A stretch of DNA of 64,000 nucleotides. Source: Lama glama. Its lineage: Eukaryota. The position numbers and the translations under genes were made by a program. The stretch is from assembly GCA_028534125.1 (NCBI GenBank), contig CM052816.1, forward strand, positions 14,820,001-14,884,000, written 5' to 3'. Of the stretch, positions 63,104 through 64,000 are shown piece after piece (within the stretch, counting starts at the first letter, position 1; each line of letters begins with the position of its first letter). The notes under the pieces are model-generated. The model saw only the letters and a list, made by a program, of their open reading frames with translations, was not told the DNA's origin and did not search any database.

Positions 63104-63142
63104 GTCAACAGCGACGCTCAGAGGCCTAAATAATTTCTGCAC
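63104..63142 (-). promoter_or_regulatory. GA2 promoter CSE (CTCF site)
   Basis: gtcaACAGCGacgctcagaggcctaaataatttcTGCAc. Confidence 0.88.
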
Positions 63143-63499
63143 GCTCTCAGGCCAACCCAAGTTATTTCTTGTTACCTGCTGTGACTTTCAAGCTGCTTTG
63201 AAGAATCTTACAGTTCTATGATACCTTAGAAGCAACTCTTTCAAGCCAGGAGTCTTTTTCTCAGAATGAACAAGAATGGTGTAAACGAATGCAACTTTGA
63301 TAGTAGTTGCTAGGAAAGTATTATTGAACGCTGGAGGCATTAGTCAAGGCAACCTCTACCCTTACTCCAAACGTCTTCAGTCTCTTATTTTATACTCAGA
63401 GACAATAAGGCCAATTTCAAAACATTAGCCATATTATCTTCTAATGTTACATATTTTGAATTTCAGTGCATGATGGCTTAGCGTTAAACTTCACAACCT

Positions 63500-63895
63500 G
63501 TATATATATGATTGAATTATCACTTAATTGGGTAACTATCATGTGCCTGACACTTTGCCTGACTGATGCTGGAGATAGAAATGCTGAGCCTGATGAACAC
63601 AGTCCCTGTTCTCAGGAAGCTTACAGGATAGGAGAAGACACAGGAAAGTAAACAGAGTATTTCAACAGAGCATCATAACTGTTAGGGTTGTTGCAAACAT
63701 GGGTAATGGGAGAATACATAGGAAGGTTATCCAGCCTAGAATTAGGGGTCAGGAAAGCCTTTTCCAGGACAAGATTGAAACTGGATCCTAAAGGGTATGT
63801 ATGACTGGATCAAGAAAGAGGCTGGAGTAGTGTTCTAGAACCTCAGTACAAGTGCTTGGAGGTGAGAGGCAGCATGGAACATCTAGGAAACAGAA
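63500..63895. mobile_element. Ancient L2 fragment
   Basis: actatcatgtgcctgacact...atgctggagatag...agtccctgttctcaggaagcttaca...ggtcaggaaagcctt. Confidence 0.6.
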
Positions 63896-64000
63896 GGTGG
63901 TTTGTTCTTTGTTCTTCTTTTTCAAGATTGTTTTGGCTACTTGAGGTCCTTTGATACTATGAATTTTAGGATGGGCTTTTTTCTATTTCTACAAAAAAAA

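Overview
Mammalian genomic DNA containing part of the clustered protocadherin-gamma (PCDHG) locus, transcribed on the minus strand. The tRNA-Ala-derived vic-1-like SINEs suggest a camelid. In transcription order (right to left) the window holds the variable first exons of PCDHGA2, GA3, GB1 (100-N gap), GA4 and GB2 (cut by a 500-N gap). A ~28 kb interval packed with L1, ERV and DNA transposons follows, then PCDHGC3, GC4 and the 5' part of GC5, which runs off the left edge. The constant exons and GA1 are not in the window. Each A/B exon and GC3 has a CSE (CTCF-type promoter element) about 210-250 bp upstream, all in one orientation. This is a well-known system (stochastic promoter choice for neuronal self-recognition), and I found no evidence of a wholly new one. 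The best leads are: (i) an inverted CCAAT pair shared by all three C-type promoters, with a CSE core that is intact in C3, vestigial in C4 and absent in C5; (ii) about 15 expected variable exons missing at the 500-N gap; (iii) patchwork gene-conversion tracts; (iv) a long GC4 intron read-through frame; (v) a non-ATG in-frame extension of GA4; (vi) several unusual retroelement structures. Gene and repeat names rest on my recollection of orthologues and consensus sequences, not on a database search.
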